Shown here piece after piece: positions 18,833-28,691 of a stretch of DNA of 64,000 bases (position 1 is the stretch's first letter; each line of letters opens with the position of its first letter). The stretch is from NCBI GenBank assembly GCA_963838925.1, contig CAWISW010000003.1, positions 640,001 to 704,000 on the forward strand. Reading direction: 5' to 3'. The notes under the pieces were generated by a model. The model was not told the DNA's origin, did not search any database, and saw only the letters and a list, made by a program, of their open reading frames with translations. Made by a program: the position numbers and the translations under genes. This DNA comes from an uncultured Nitrososphaerota archaeon (GTDB taxonomy: Archaea > Thermoproteota > Nitrososphaeria > Nitrososphaerales > Gagatemarchaeaceae).

Positions 18833-19316
18833 GCGCGGATTGGCGTTCGCGTCCATTCACGGAGCGAAGGGGATGGAGGCAGACTACGTTGTGCTTCTGG
18901 GGTGTGTTGGAGGCTTGTTCGGATTTCCCTCGGCAATCTTGGATGACGAACTCCTGGACATCGTGAGCAATCACAAGCAGGACACGAACGAGAAGCTGGA
19001 GGAGGAGAGGAGGCTGTTCTACGTCGCGCTGACTAGGTGTAGGAAGCAACTGTATATCTTCACCTCAGAGGTAGACAGGTCGCCGTTTCTTGCCGAGATT
19101 GACGAGCTTCGACACCGCGACGACGGCTATTGCATCAGGTCAGGTCATAGAATCCCGTTCAACAAAAGGGATCCGCTGTGCCCTAGCTGCCGTCGCACGT
19201 GGGATCGGTACAAGAGGAAGAACTATCCCGAGAAATGGTGTCACTCTTGCGGGGAGCCCGCTGAGACTTCTTTTGCCAGACCGTTGTGCATAAGATGTTG
19301 GCGGAAATCCAGATAG
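18810..19316 (+). CDS. C-terminal part of the UvrD helicase (other frame) plus Cys-rich zinc-finger tail
   Basis: SIHGAKGMEAD, EEERRLFYVALTR; PLCPSC...WCHSCG...PLCIRC; implies a frameshift or split near 18805-18830. Confidence 0.85.
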   Translation: MSFGEDAKRGLAFASIHGAKGMEADYVVLLGCVGGLFGFPSAILDDELLDIVSNHKQDTNEKLEEERRLFYVALTRCRKQLYIFTSEVDRSPFLAEIDELRHRDDGYCIRSGHRIPFNKRDPLCPSCRRTWDRYKRKNYPEKWCHSCGEPAETSFARPLCIRCWRKSR

Positions 19317-19365
19317 AACCGAAGTCGGTGACAAATAAATATCGGTGGATCCCTAAAAATGGTCA

Positions 19366-19812
19366 TTGGCCCATTTCGAGGGAATCACGGATGAGAAGGG
19401 AAGGGTCAGGTTCGACGACATGCCTCCTGGCATTTACACCGTGACGGTCGAGGCCGAAGGCTCCGAGCCTGTCGAAAGGAAGATCCAAGTGAAGTCTCCT
19501 GAGGACGACGTATCACTCAACATAAACCTGAAGCCAATAACCACTGGTTTCTTGGCTCTTCAGAACAAACGGCTCAGGGCGCTAATTCTGTCCTCCACGG
19601 ACATGCTAAGAGTGGGCGCGTACGTCAGCGAGAGCGAACGGCTGATCAAACTTTCGTCGCCCGGTCTCAGGAAGTACGCCACAAGTCAATTCGAAAAGAC
19701 GAGTGAGTCGGCCAGAAGGAGAATCGAAGAGCTGCGAAAGCTCGAGTCTTCCGTCTCGGTCGGAATTGGCCCAACTGGACTGAAGTTCTCTAAGAGAGTG
19801 AAGAAGCGGTAG
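19366..19812 (+). CDS. Carboxypeptidase-regulatory-like beta-sandwich domain protein
   Basis: TDEKGRVRFDDMPPGIYTVTVEAEG; AATAAATA box upstream. Confidence 0.7.
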   Translation: MAHFEGITDEKGRVRFDDMPPGIYTVTVEAEGSEPVERKIQVKSPEDDVSLNINLKPITTGFLALQNKRLRALILSSTDMLRVGAYVSESERLIKLSSPGLRKYATSQFEKTSESARRRIEELRKLESSVSVGIGPTGLKFSKRVKKR

Positions 19813-19876
19813 GGCATTCGGTCGCATCGAGCCGAGGCGGAAGCTGGTTGTCTTCTCAGAGGCCTGACGGAAGGTT

Positions 19877-21670
19877 CTAACGTTTGGTCTTGGGCGCAGG
19901 TTGAGCTGGGCCTGCCAGCTCTGATAGCTCTATTTTTGCCAGTATCTCTGCGGCCTTCCGAGCCAAGGCGGGGTTCTTGCTGCCATGGTGCCGGCTCAAT
20001 GCCCTTTGGAATCTTTTCACCTCATTACGGTGGAGCTTTCCTCTAAGTGCCGTATACTGATACCCTTCCTTGATGCTGGCCCAAGTACCCAGCTGAGATT
20101 CCAGCCTCGTCAGCCACTCAAACAGATCAGCGGCGGCTTCAAGCCTCGATTCTAGCACGATGGACTTCAATTGGCCGACCCGTTTGATTGCCCCCGCGTT
20201 CTGCTGCAACACTTCCGCCGCAGATGCCCATTTCAGCGTTGGCGTACTGAACCCAATGGTGAGGGTCCCCTGTGCACCCCCTTCTTCAATCTTGACCGAC
20301 AGCCGGGCGAGTGTGGCTTCAAGTCTCTCCTTCCATATCTTGCATCGCGAGGAATCTGCATAGGCCGAGTAGGTTGTCAGGGCACGGAGGCAAATCCCAA
20401 TCGCATCTGACGGTTTTTCGCTGAGCATGGAGTCTAGGTTGATTTGCTGGTCTATTTCTTCGACCTTGTCGATGTGGCTGCAGTCGAGGAAGTATTGCAG
20501 TTCGCTAATCCAGTAGTCTGGGACCTCTTGGCCCTCCATTTGCCTGTCTAGCCGATTTCTCTCCACTTGATAACCGAGTCTGACATATGGGAAGAATAGG
20601 GTCTTCAGATAGGGCAGGACTTTCTCGAATTCGTAGGGCAGGCAGATGGTCCGTCCGGCAAGCTCGGAATCTACCGGAAGCGAGAGGCCTAGTTGGTTGG
20701 GGCTCTCGTCAAGCACAACTCTCCGCTTGTCGTAATATCTCAGGCGAGTTTGGTAGACGTCGCGGCAATCGGGGCCCACCAGAATAAGAATGAACTGTCG
20801 ATTGCGGCGAGCCGCGTCCCAGAACACGCGTCTTATGTGGTCATCCCTGAACGAGTATCCTGCAACGGTAACGTTGCCGACGGACTCGAGCCGATTCTTG
20901 AGCTCCATCAAGAGTTCCTGCAGGGGTTCTTCATATTCCCACTTTCTCATGGGGTAAAGGATCAGGGTCTCTGCAGTCTCTCCGGTGATTAGCTCAGTTC
21001 TGGCGTTGAGGCTCGTGACCGGAATCTTCACGTAACTGCCCGTGTCGGTTCGATACCACATTATCGACCCATGGAGCTTGTAGAGTCTCACGTCCACATC
21101 GGTCCGCTCGAAGTTCTTTCTGTTCCACTCGAAGTCGAACCCGTCCACGTACCTCTTCTTGTTGACATTGCAGAGCTGCTCGACCGCGATGTCGTAGTTG
21201 ACGGAAAAGACATCTAACGGTTTGCCTCCTTTCTTGAAGCCGAAAAGAGGCTGCAGATAGGCGACTTTGCCAGGCGCTACCTCGCCTTTCTTCCGGATAA
21301 AGTTCCTCAGTTTCCCGCTCAGAATGCCCACTTCGACGGGGTCTAATGACTTTGATTCGGGGAGCCTGAGGAACCTAGCGAGGACGTCTTGGTCCAAGTT
21401 CGCTAGTCGCTCCATCGTCTCCAGGAGGAGCTCAACGTCCGCCCCGCCACTGATGCCTTCTTGCATGCCTCTCCAATCGCGGAGTACTCGAAGAATGTCC
21501 TCAAGGACACGCGTCTCGTGTTCATCGCTGAGAGTCGACTTGAACGCCTCTACGAAACCGAAGGTGGTTGGCACGCCTGCGGCAACCGATGCGCCCGCAC
21601 CCAAGAAGAAGATCTCGTCGTCTGTGTTTTGGCCGGACAAATGACCACTGCTTCTGCCCAAGGTTTCCAT
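19877..21670 (-). CDS. SIR2-like (defence-type) NADase domain protein
   Basis: FFLGAGASVAAGVPT, FSVNYD, YKLHGS, GYSFRDDHI; helical C-terminal half. Confidence 0.9.
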   Translation of the reverse strand: METLGRSSGHLSGQNTDDEIFFLGAGASVAAGVPTTFGFVEAFKSTLSDEHETRVLEDILRVLRDWRGMQEGISGGADVELLLETMERLANLDQDVLARFLRLPESKSLDPVEVGILSGKLRNFIRKKGEVAPGKVAYLQPLFGFKKGGKPLDVFSVNYDIAVEQLCNVNKKRYVDGFDFEWNRKNFERTDVDVRLYKLHGSIMWYRTDTGSYVKIPVTSLNARTELITGETAETLILYPMRKWEYEEPLQELLMELKNRLESVGNVTVAGYSFRDDHIRRVFWDAARRNRQFILILVGPDCRDVYQTRLRYYDKRRVVLDESPNQLGLSLPVDSELAGRTICLPYEFEKVLPYLKTLFFPYVRLGYQVERNRLDRQMEGQEVPDYWISELQYFLDCSHIDKVEEIDQQINLDSMLSEKPSDAIGICLRALTTYSAYADSSRCKIWKERLEATLARLSVKIEEGGAQGTLTIGFSTPTLKWASAAEVLQQNAGAIKRVGQLKSIVLESRLEAAADLFEWLTRLESQLGTWASIKEGYQYTALRGKLHRNEVKRFQRALSRHHGSKNPALARKAAEILAKIELSELAGPAQPAPKTKR

Positions 21671-21743
21671 CCTTATTATAGCAAATGCGCTAGGCGCTAT
21701 GGCGTCTAATTGCGCGAGCCGTGTGATTGCAGCGAGGCCGACA

Positions 21744-21920
21744 CTATGCAGTCCTGGATTCGTCTGTCCTCCTGCCTAGCTCACTGAGCACCTTCGAGAG
21801 GTCTAGGTCTTTGGACTTTGACGACTCGATGGTCGAGATGAGTTCATCCATGGGGGATTCGCCTTCAGAATCTTCCACAGGGCTAGCGTTCAACCCCAGT
21901 ATATGCGCCATATGGCCCAT
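21744..21920 (-). CDS. Possible small acidic protein or gene remnant
   Basis: MGHMAHILGLNASPVEDSEGESPMDELISTIESSK...; plausible composition only. Confidence 0.35.
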   Translation of the reverse strand: MGHMAHILGLNASPVEDSEGESPMDELISTIESSKSKDLDLSKVLSELGRRTDESRTA

Positions 21921-22047
21921 GGCCTCAGCTCGAGGTGCTTGACAAGCGGCAGATGGAACTTCCTTGTGGTCCCGGATTGCAGGTCTGCATAGAGCGGAAC
22001 GGGGTTCGTCAGGGAAACCACGCACTCGCCGAGGAGTTCCATCGGGC

Positions 22048-22341
22048 ATGCCTCTAGGCGGCCGGGTCTATGCCGCTCTTCACCAGATATCTGATCAAAA
22101 GAAACTCAAGGCCCACGTCATCTTCATAGTTGACAAGAATGGGAAGCTTGAAGGCGAAATAGCCGGGCCGGTAACGATTGGTGCTTGGTATTTGCCAAGA
22201 ATGAGGAAGAAGGAAGCTGCTCAGATAGTTCAGGATTACCTCAAAGAAGAATATCCCCACAAGAAGATTCAAGTTGAAGACATCAAGCTGTATTCTAGCA
22301 AGAAGGCAAATGAGCTATTGTTCAAGCTCGAGAACAAGTGA
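22048..22341 (+). CDS. Small basic hypothetical protein
   Basis: KLKAHVIFIVDKNGKLEGEI...VQDYLKEEYPHKKIQVEDIKL; start uncertain. Confidence 0.55.
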   Translation: MPLGGRVYAALHQISDQKKLKAHVIFIVDKNGKLEGEIAGPVTIGAWYLPRMRKKEAAQIVQDYLKEEYPHKKIQVEDIKLYSSKKANELLFKLENK

Positions 22342-22383
22342 CCTCATGGGGGCATAAATTGTCGTTACGAAGATGTTATCAGC

Positions 22384-25300
22384 GTGACGTTTCCATTGCT
22401 GGAGGGCAGCCTATTGAATCCGGTGGAGAAGTACTTCCAAGATCTCCGAGATATTAGGTCAACCGGCGCAGCAGTGCCAGAAACATCGTACTACGGTGCT
22501 CTTGAATCTCTTCTAAACGAGATTGGACGGACAATGAACCCGAAAGTAAGGTGCGTCATTAACATTGCGAACAGAGGAGTCGGGATTCCCGATGGGGGGC
22601 TGTTTACTGAAAGTCAGTTTCAACGACTAGACTTGGGGAAACCGATGGGTGGACAGCTTCCTGAAAGAGGAGTTGTCGAAGTGAAACCGACTGGCGACGA
22701 TGCTTGGGTGACGAGTTCCGGAGAGCAGGTCACCAGATATTGGGGTGAATATGGCCTCGTTTTGGTTACCAACTACAGGGACTTCGTTTTGGTTGGTAGA
22801 GACTCCCAAGGCAGAGCAGAGCGACTCGAAACTTACCGCTTGGCGGACACCGAATCGGATTTCTGGGGAATGGTCGCACATCCAAAGAGAGCGGACAAAC
22901 AGCAAGGTGAGCGCTTAACCGAATACCTGAAACGAGTCCTATTGCATGCCGCTCCTATCACTTCTCCCGAGGATGTAGCATGGTTCCTTGCCTCCTATGC
23001 CAGAGATTCGAGGGCGAGAATCGAAGGGGCAGAACTACCATCACTCAACACAGTGCGTCAGGCTTTGGAGGATGCGCTTGGGCTCAAGTTTGAAGGCGAA
23101 AAGGGAGAACACTTCTTCAGGTCAACTTTGATACAGACTTTGTTCTACGGTGTCTTTTCTGCCTGGGTCTTATGGAGCAAAGACCTTTCACCCAATGACA
23201 ACTCATCGAGGTTTGATTGGCGAATAGCGGCGTGGTCTCTGCGAATACCAATGATAAGGGTCCTCTTCGAGCAGATTGCAACACCGCAGCTTGGCTCCTT
23301 GGGTTTGGTGGAGCCTTTGGATTGGGCTTCTGCGGTTCTTAACAGGGTAGATCGGCCGAGGTTCTTCAGCACTTTTGATCAAGGCTATGCCGTCCAATAC
23401 TTTTACGAGCCATTTCTAGAGCAGTTGGATCCAGAACTCAGAAAAACATTGGGAGTGTGGTACACTCCTCCAGAGATTGTAAAGTACATGGTTGCAAGGG
23501 TAGATACAGTTCTCCGACAAGAGCTCGACATTCCCGATGGCTTGGCGGACCCGAGAGTGGTGGTCCTTGATCCATGTTGCGGGACAGGCACTTATCTGAT
23601 TGAGGCAATACGACTAATCGCGCGTACTATCAAAGAGAAGCATGGAGACGCTCTAGCGCCTCAGGAAATCAAGAAAGCCGCAATGGAAAGAATCTATGGT
23701 TTTGAGATTCTTCCGGCGCCATTCATTGTAGCGCATTTGCAAATGGATCTCCTCCTTCAGCAGCTTCAAGCACCGTTCCTGCAAGAAAAGTCTGAGCGCG
23801 CGTCAATCTACCTGACGAATGCGTTGACGGGTTGGACGTCCCAAGAGGAAGCCTCGCACCAAGCGTTCTTCCCCGAACTTGAGAAGGAGAGATCCGCCTC
23901 AGAAGGCGTAAAGCGCGCGAGACCTATTCTGGTCGTGCTAGGAAACCCGCCATACGATGCGTTCGCTGGGGTGAGTTCCGCTGAGGAAGACCACGTAGTT
24001 GATTTGTACAAGGAAGGTCTGAACGAACCAGTAAGCAGAGGTGGATGGGGAATCAAGAAGTTCAACCTCGATGACTTGTACATCCGTTTTTTCAGAATCG
24101 CAGAGCGGCGCATCGTTGACGGAGAGCCGGGCTACGGGATAGTCTGCTTCATCTCAAATTTCTCCTTCCTCAGAAGAGACTCTTATGTCGTTATGCGTCA
24201 AAGATTTGCGAAGGAGTTCGACTCAGTTTGGCTTGACTGCATGAATGGTGACAGCAGAGAGACTGGGAAACTTACTCCGGACGGCGGCTCTGACCCATCG
24301 GTTTTCTCAACGGATTATCATCCTGTCGGTATTCGTGTGGGTACAGTCATCTCCTTGTTCGCTCGGAAACCTCAAAGGAGCGAGAAGATGTCCATTCGGT
24401 ATCGAGACTTTTGGGGAGTCGCGAAGAGAGCAGACTTGCTGAAGAGTCTTCAGGTTGCAGACTTTGATAAGCAGTACGAGCAGATTCAGCCCTCGAAACA
24501 GAATCGTTACTTGTTCCACCCGACGGCCGAAGGGGGAAGATACGAACACTGGCCCAAGCTCACAGACTTGAGCAGAGAAGCACCGATTAACGGGCTAATG
24601 GAGAAACGAGGAGGAGGGCTTATAGACATTGATCGGACCAAGATTGAGGAAAGAATGCAGAGATACTTCGACAAGAATGTCGATTGGGACACATTCGTGT
24701 TAGGGAACTCCAAGCTCACCGAAAATGCAGCCGGATTCACAGCAAAAGAGGTCCGTCAGAAGCTGCTCAATTCCGAGCAATATCAGGCCGAACGAGTGGT
24801 GCCATACGCTCTCCGACCGTATGATACAAGATGGTGCTACTATAGCAGCGTGAATCCCTTGTGGAATAGGTCGAGACCCAAGCTTTGGGGCCAATATCGG
24901 AAAAAGAATGGATTTGTAATGTCACGTCCAACGGGGGTGGCTAGTCCTGAAGGGATTCCTTTCTTTTTTACGCGGCTACTTGGCGATAACGATTTCCTAC
25001 GAGGCCATGCCTACTACATCCCGATTAAGCTCTTTCAAGATGAGGGCGATGGCTCCACACTCTTTCCCAAGGCTCAATCTGGGCTGGATTGGGAGGCCAA
25101 TCTCTCGCCCAAGGCAATCAGCTACCTTATGGATTTGGGAATAGCAAGCCTCGAAGATGAAGACTCCGCAAGTCTTGTTTGGATGCACGTACTTGCGATT
25201 GGTTTCTCACCTAGTTACTTGCTAGAAAACGAAGACGGCATCCGTAGAGATTGGCCAAGAATTCCTATGCCTCAATCAAAGGAGCTACTTGCGTCCTCTG

Positions 25301-25932
25301 CTCTCATGGGCAAGAGGATAGCTGACCTTCTGGATTCCAAATCGGTCGATGGTGTGAATTCAGGCCAAATCAAGCAGGAGTTGAGTATCATCGGTTCTGT
25401 TTCGAGAAAGGATGAAGGGGCAATCGATTTGAACGCCGGAGACCTTGATGTCACCGCGCATTGGGGAAGTATCGGAAAGGATGGTGCTGTCATGCCGGGA
25501 CCTGGGATTGTCGTCTGGCGAAACTACGCTGAGGATGAACTCAAACAACTGGCGAATGGCGCCATCCTTCTTGGAATGTCATTGAGAGAGATTACAGATC
25601 TCCTCGGGCCGAGAGTGCTAGATGTCTATCTCAATGAGAATGTCTTTTGGAGCGGGATTCCTGAAAAAGTGTGGGGCTTCACCATTGGTGGCTATCAAGT
25701 GCTAAAGAAGTGGCTTAGCTATCGAGAAAAGAGAGTCCTTGGCCGAGGACTCAGCGTAGATGAGGCACGCGAGGTTACAGTGATCGCACGCCGCATTGCG
25801 TCACTCGTATTGATGCATCCGTCGCTGAATGAGAATTACACGCTGAGCAAGAACTCTGCCGTCGACTGGCTAAATACTTCTGAGAGCATTGGCGCGAGAG
25901 ACTTGCCTTCATCACTTGGGGCTATCTCCTAA
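22384..25932 (+). CDS. Single-chain restriction-modification enzyme (type IIG/IIL, ISP-like C-terminal specificity domain)
   Basis: N-terminal PDGG...VEVK nuclease motif, GVWYTP, LDPCCGTG, GNPPY, YALRPYDTRW, DWPRIP, FTIGGYQVLKKWLSYR. Confidence 0.9.
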   Translation: MTFPLLEGSLLNPVEKYFQDLRDIRSTGAAVPETSYYGALESLLNEIGRTMNPKVRCVINIANRGVGIPDGGLFTESQFQRLDLGKPMGGQLPERGVVEVKPTGDDAWVTSSGEQVTRYWGEYGLVLVTNYRDFVLVGRDSQGRAERLETYRLADTESDFWGMVAHPKRADKQQGERLTEYLKRVLLHAAPITSPEDVAWFLASYARDSRARIEGAELPSLNTVRQALEDALGLKFEGEKGEHFFRSTLIQTLFYGVFSAWVLWSKDLSPNDNSSRFDWRIAAWSLRIPMIRVLFEQIATPQLGSLGLVEPLDWASAVLNRVDRPRFFSTFDQGYAVQYFYEPFLEQLDPELRKTLGVWYTPPEIVKYMVARVDTVLRQELDIPDGLADPRVVVLDPCCGTGTYLIEAIRLIARTIKEKHGDALAPQEIKKAAMERIYGFEILPAPFIVAHLQMDLLLQQLQAPFLQEKSERASIYLTNALTGWTSQEEASHQAFFPELEKERSASEGVKRARPILVVLGNPPYDAFAGVSSAEEDHVVDLYKEGLNEPVSRGGWGIKKFNLDDLYIRFFRIAERRIVDGEPGYGIVCFISNFSFLRRDSYVVMRQRFAKEFDSVWLDCMNGDSRETGKLTPDGGSDPSVFSTDYHPVGIRVGTVISLFARKPQRSEKMSIRYRDFWGVAKRADLLKSLQVADFDKQYEQIQPSKQNRYLFHPTAEGGRYEHWPKLTDLSREAPINGLMEKRGGGLIDIDRTKIEERMQRYFDKNVDWDTFVLGNSKLTENAAGFTAKEVRQKLLNSEQYQAERVVPYALRPYDTRWCYYSSVNPLWNRSRPKLWGQYRKKNGFVMSRPTGVASPEGIPFFFTRLLGDNDFLRGHAYYIPIKLFQDEGDGSTLFPKAQSGLDWEANLSPKAISYLMDLGIASLEDEDSASLVWMHVLAIGFSPSYLLENEDGIRRDWPRIPMPQSKELLASSALMGKRIADLLDSKSVDGVNSGQIKQELSIIGSVSRKDEGAIDLNAGDLDVTAHWGSIGKDGAVMPGPGIVVWRNYAEDELKQLANGAILLGMSLREITDLLGPRVLDVYLNENVFWSGIPEKVWGFTIGGYQVLKKWLSYREKRVLGRGLSVDEAREVTVIARRIASLVLMHPSLNENYTLSKNSAVDWLNTSESIGARDLPSSLGAIS

Positions 25933-26038
25933 TCCGCGCTCAACATCGCCGTGTAATGGATTCGACCTCTGTGTCGAAAAAATGTATTCTCTCTCCATTT
26001 ACCACCGCTGGGTTGTATCATGTTTAGGTAATCCAATT

Positions 26039-26245
26039 ATGGGACGAAGAATGGTGCTGTTCGGATTCTGGTTGGTCGGCTATGCTCTGGGCTTCTTCGC
26101 TTGGCTTGTGAGGGCGCCAGTCATCACTTGGGTCATGACCCTCGGTATCAGCGCGGACGTGGCAGGCGCGATGATCACGGGGTTCGCGAGTTCCGTCGTG
26201 ATGCTGGTCGGAGTTATGCTCTGGAGCTTTCTGTCTAAACAGTAG
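26039..26245 (+). CDS. Small two-TM membrane protein
   Basis: 68 aa, two hydrophobic helices. Confidence 0.65.
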   Translation: MGRRMVLFGFWLVGYALGFFAWLVRAPVITWVMTLGISADVAGAMITGFASSVVMLVGVMLWSFLSKQ

Positions 26246-26424
26246 CTCCGCCATTATCCACTAAGCAATTCGCCAGCTTCAGAATCGCATCGAGCATCCA
26301 TGGAGATGCTCTAATCCAGTTTGCTTCATCTATTGCCAGGATGTCGCAGGAAATGGCAACCCCATCGCACGTAAAACATTATAACTATACGGAGGAGGGA
26401 GCGTTTTGAAAGCAGGAATAGGCC

Positions 26425-28617
26425 ATGCCGAAGTTCAAGTCCACGTCTGAAGCGCTGAAGATCGTCCACAACCGTGAGCAGTTGAGGAACATGGGCATCA
26501 TCGCCCACGTGGACCACGGTAAGACCACCACAGCTGACTCTCTGCTCGCGGCCTGCGGAATGCTCTCCCCCTCGGTGGCCGGCCAGGCGCTCGCCCTCGA
26601 CTACATGGAGCTCGAGCAGCAGAGGCAGATGACCATCAAGGCGGCAAATGTCACGCTTTACTACGAAAAGGACGGGACGCCCTACGTCATCAACCTCATC
26701 GACACTCCGGGGCACATTGACTTCACTGGGAAGGTCACAAGGTCGTTACGGGCCGTAGACGGCGCAATCGTCGTGATTGACTCTGTCGAGGGAATCATGA
26801 CTCAGACCGAGACTGTAACCCGTCAGGCGCTCGAGGAGCGCGTCCGGCCGGTCATGTACATCAACAAGATCGACCGCCTCATCAAGGAGCTCCGCCTCAA
26901 CCCGGAGCAGATGCAAAAATGGCTCTTCAACATCGTCGCCGACTTCAACCGCCTCGTCGAGACCCACGCGGAGCCCCAGTACAGGGAGCTCTGGAAGGTC
27001 AAGATACAGGACTCGATGGTCGCGTTCGGCTCGAGCAAAGACAAGTGGGGCTTCAACTCCGACATCGCGAAGGCCACCGGGATGGGCTTCAAGGACATCT
27101 ACGAGGCCTACACGACCGGCGACCCCAAGACGCTGGGCGAGAGGATGCCCCTCCACGAGGCGCTCCTCGGGATGGTCGTCAAGCACCACCCGCCGCCGCA
27201 CGTGGCGCAGGCCTACCGCATCCCCAAGATCTGGTCGGGCGGCGACCTCAACAGCGACGTCGGCAAGGCCCTGCTGGCCTGCGACGAGAACGGCCCCATG
27301 GTCATGATGGTCACCAACGTCGTCGTCGACCCGGCCGCCGGCCTGGTCGGCGTGGGCAGGCTCTTCTCTGGTCAGGTGAGCAACGGCGACGAGGTCTACC
27401 TCCTCAACTCGAAGCGCGAGGGGAAGATCCAGTCCGTCCAGATATTCATGGGCTTCCAGCGCGAGATAGTCGACACGCTCCCCGCGGGCAACATCCCGGC
27501 CATACTCGGGCTCGACATTCGCTCCGGCGAGACGATCTCCACGCGGAAGGACGTCCAGCCCTTCGAGAGCATCCACTACGTCTCCGAGCCGGTGGTCACC
27601 CAGGCCGTCGAGGCGAAGCACCCGCGCGACCTCCCCAAGCTCGTCGAGGCCATGCGCCGCCTGAACATTGAGGACCCCAACCTCATCATCACCATCAACC
27701 AGGAGAGCGGGGAGACCCTGATGGCGGGCATGGGCGTCCTCCACTTGGAGATTGCCACCACCATGCTCCAGCGGCAGGGGCTGGAGATAATCACCTCGGA
27801 GCCGATCACCAACTACCGCGAGACCATCAGGCAGCCGGCGGGGCCGATAATGAGCAAGTCGCCCAACCGCCACAACAAGATATTCATGAAGGTCGAGCCG
27901 CTCGCCCCGGACATCGTCGAGATGATCCGAAAGGGGGAGCTGAGCGACAACACCGACAAGAAGACGGTGGTCAAGCTCCTCCGCGACCACGGCTGGGACT
28001 CGGACACGTCGCGGACGGTCGTGGAGATAGACAACAAGGGCAACATGCTCTGCGAGGAGACGAAGGGAGTCCAGTTCCTGGCGGAGTCGATGGACACCAT
28101 GCGCTCCGGCTTCGAGGACGTCATGACGAACGGCCCCCTCGCCTACGAGCTCTGCAGGGGGGTCAAGGCGACGCTCACCCACTACGTGCCGCACGAAGAC
28201 GCGGCCCACAGGACCTACGCCCAGCTCATGCCGGCGACCAGGCGCGCCGTCCTCGGCGCGATGCTCCTGGGCAACCCCACCCTCCTCGAGCCCGTCCTGG
28301 GCATAGAGGTCAAGGGCCCCTCCGACCAGATTGGCGCGATCACGGGGGTCATCAGCGGGAAGAGGGGCAAGCTCATCAACATCGAGCAGCGCGAGGCGCT
28401 CACGATCGTGGAGGGAGAGATCCCGGCCGCGGAGACCATGGACCTCAGCCAGGAGATGAGGGGAGCGACGGCGGGGAGGGCGGTCTGGAACACCTACTTC
28501 AAGCTCTGGCAGGCGGTCCCGACCAACCTGCTCCCGGTGCTCGTCGCACAGATCAGGAAGCGCAAGGGCCTGCCCGAGGAAGCCCCGAAGGCCTCCGAGT
28601 TCATCGACAACGAGTAG
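26425..28617 (+). CDS. fusA: Archaeal translation elongation factor 2
   Basis: AHVDHGKTT, DTPGHIDF, INKIDR, KSPNRHNK, HEDAAHRT, IRKRKGL; 730 aa. Confidence 0.98.
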   Translation: MPKFKSTSEALKIVHNREQLRNMGIIAHVDHGKTTTADSLLAACGMLSPSVAGQALALDYMELEQQRQMTIKAANVTLYYEKDGTPYVINLIDTPGHIDFTGKVTRSLRAVDGAIVVIDSVEGIMTQTETVTRQALEERVRPVMYINKIDRLIKELRLNPEQMQKWLFNIVADFNRLVETHAEPQYRELWKVKIQDSMVAFGSSKDKWGFNSDIAKATGMGFKDIYEAYTTGDPKTLGERMPLHEALLGMVVKHHPPPHVAQAYRIPKIWSGGDLNSDVGKALLACDENGPMVMMVTNVVVDPAAGLVGVGRLFSGQVSNGDEVYLLNSKREGKIQSVQIFMGFQREIVDTLPAGNIPAILGLDIRSGETISTRKDVQPFESIHYVSEPVVTQAVEAKHPRDLPKLVEAMRRLNIEDPNLIITINQESGETLMAGMGVLHLEIATTMLQRQGLEIITSEPITNYRETIRQPAGPIMSKSPNRHNKIFMKVEPLAPDIVEMIRKGELSDNTDKKTVVKLLRDHGWDSDTSRTVVEIDNKGNMLCEETKGVQFLAESMDTMRSGFEDVMTNGPLAYELCRGVKATLTHYVPHEDAAHRTYAQLMPATRRAVLGAMLLGNPTLLEPVLGIEVKGPSDQIGAITGVISGKRGKLINIEQREALTIVEGEIPAAETMDLSQEMRGATAGRAVWNTYFKLWQAVPTNLLPVLVAQIRKRKGLPEEAPKASEFIDNE
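28594..28613 (+). repeat. Direct repeat copy 1 (EF-2 3' end)
   Basis: TCCGAGTTCATCGACAACGA, exact match to 29379-29398. Confidence 0.9.
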
Positions 28618-28691
28618 CAATCAGAGGGGGTTCAAGGTTCCTTCCCGTCTATCATATAGATTTATATGATACCGAAGCTCGTCCGGAGTCC

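Larger units (their letters stand above)
15800..26300. mobile_element. Lower-GC genomic (defence) island; boundaries approximate
   Basis: Visible drop in GC and GC3 relative to flanks; helicase, SIR2 and R-M cargo; no integrase seen. Confidence 0.7.

Noticed and set aside
26292-26311. Hairpin GAGCATC-CATGGA-GATGCTC upstream of fusA (and GCGTTCTCG...CGGGAACGC near 63505-63530)
   Set aside because: Single short inverted repeats with no recurrence; function cannot be supported.
26746-28620. Long antisense ORF over EF-2, and similar long shadow ORFs (e.g. 32136-33497, 51204-52655, 55582-56742)
   Set aside because: Expected artefacts of high GC3; they overlap clearly recognisable genes and have no motifs.
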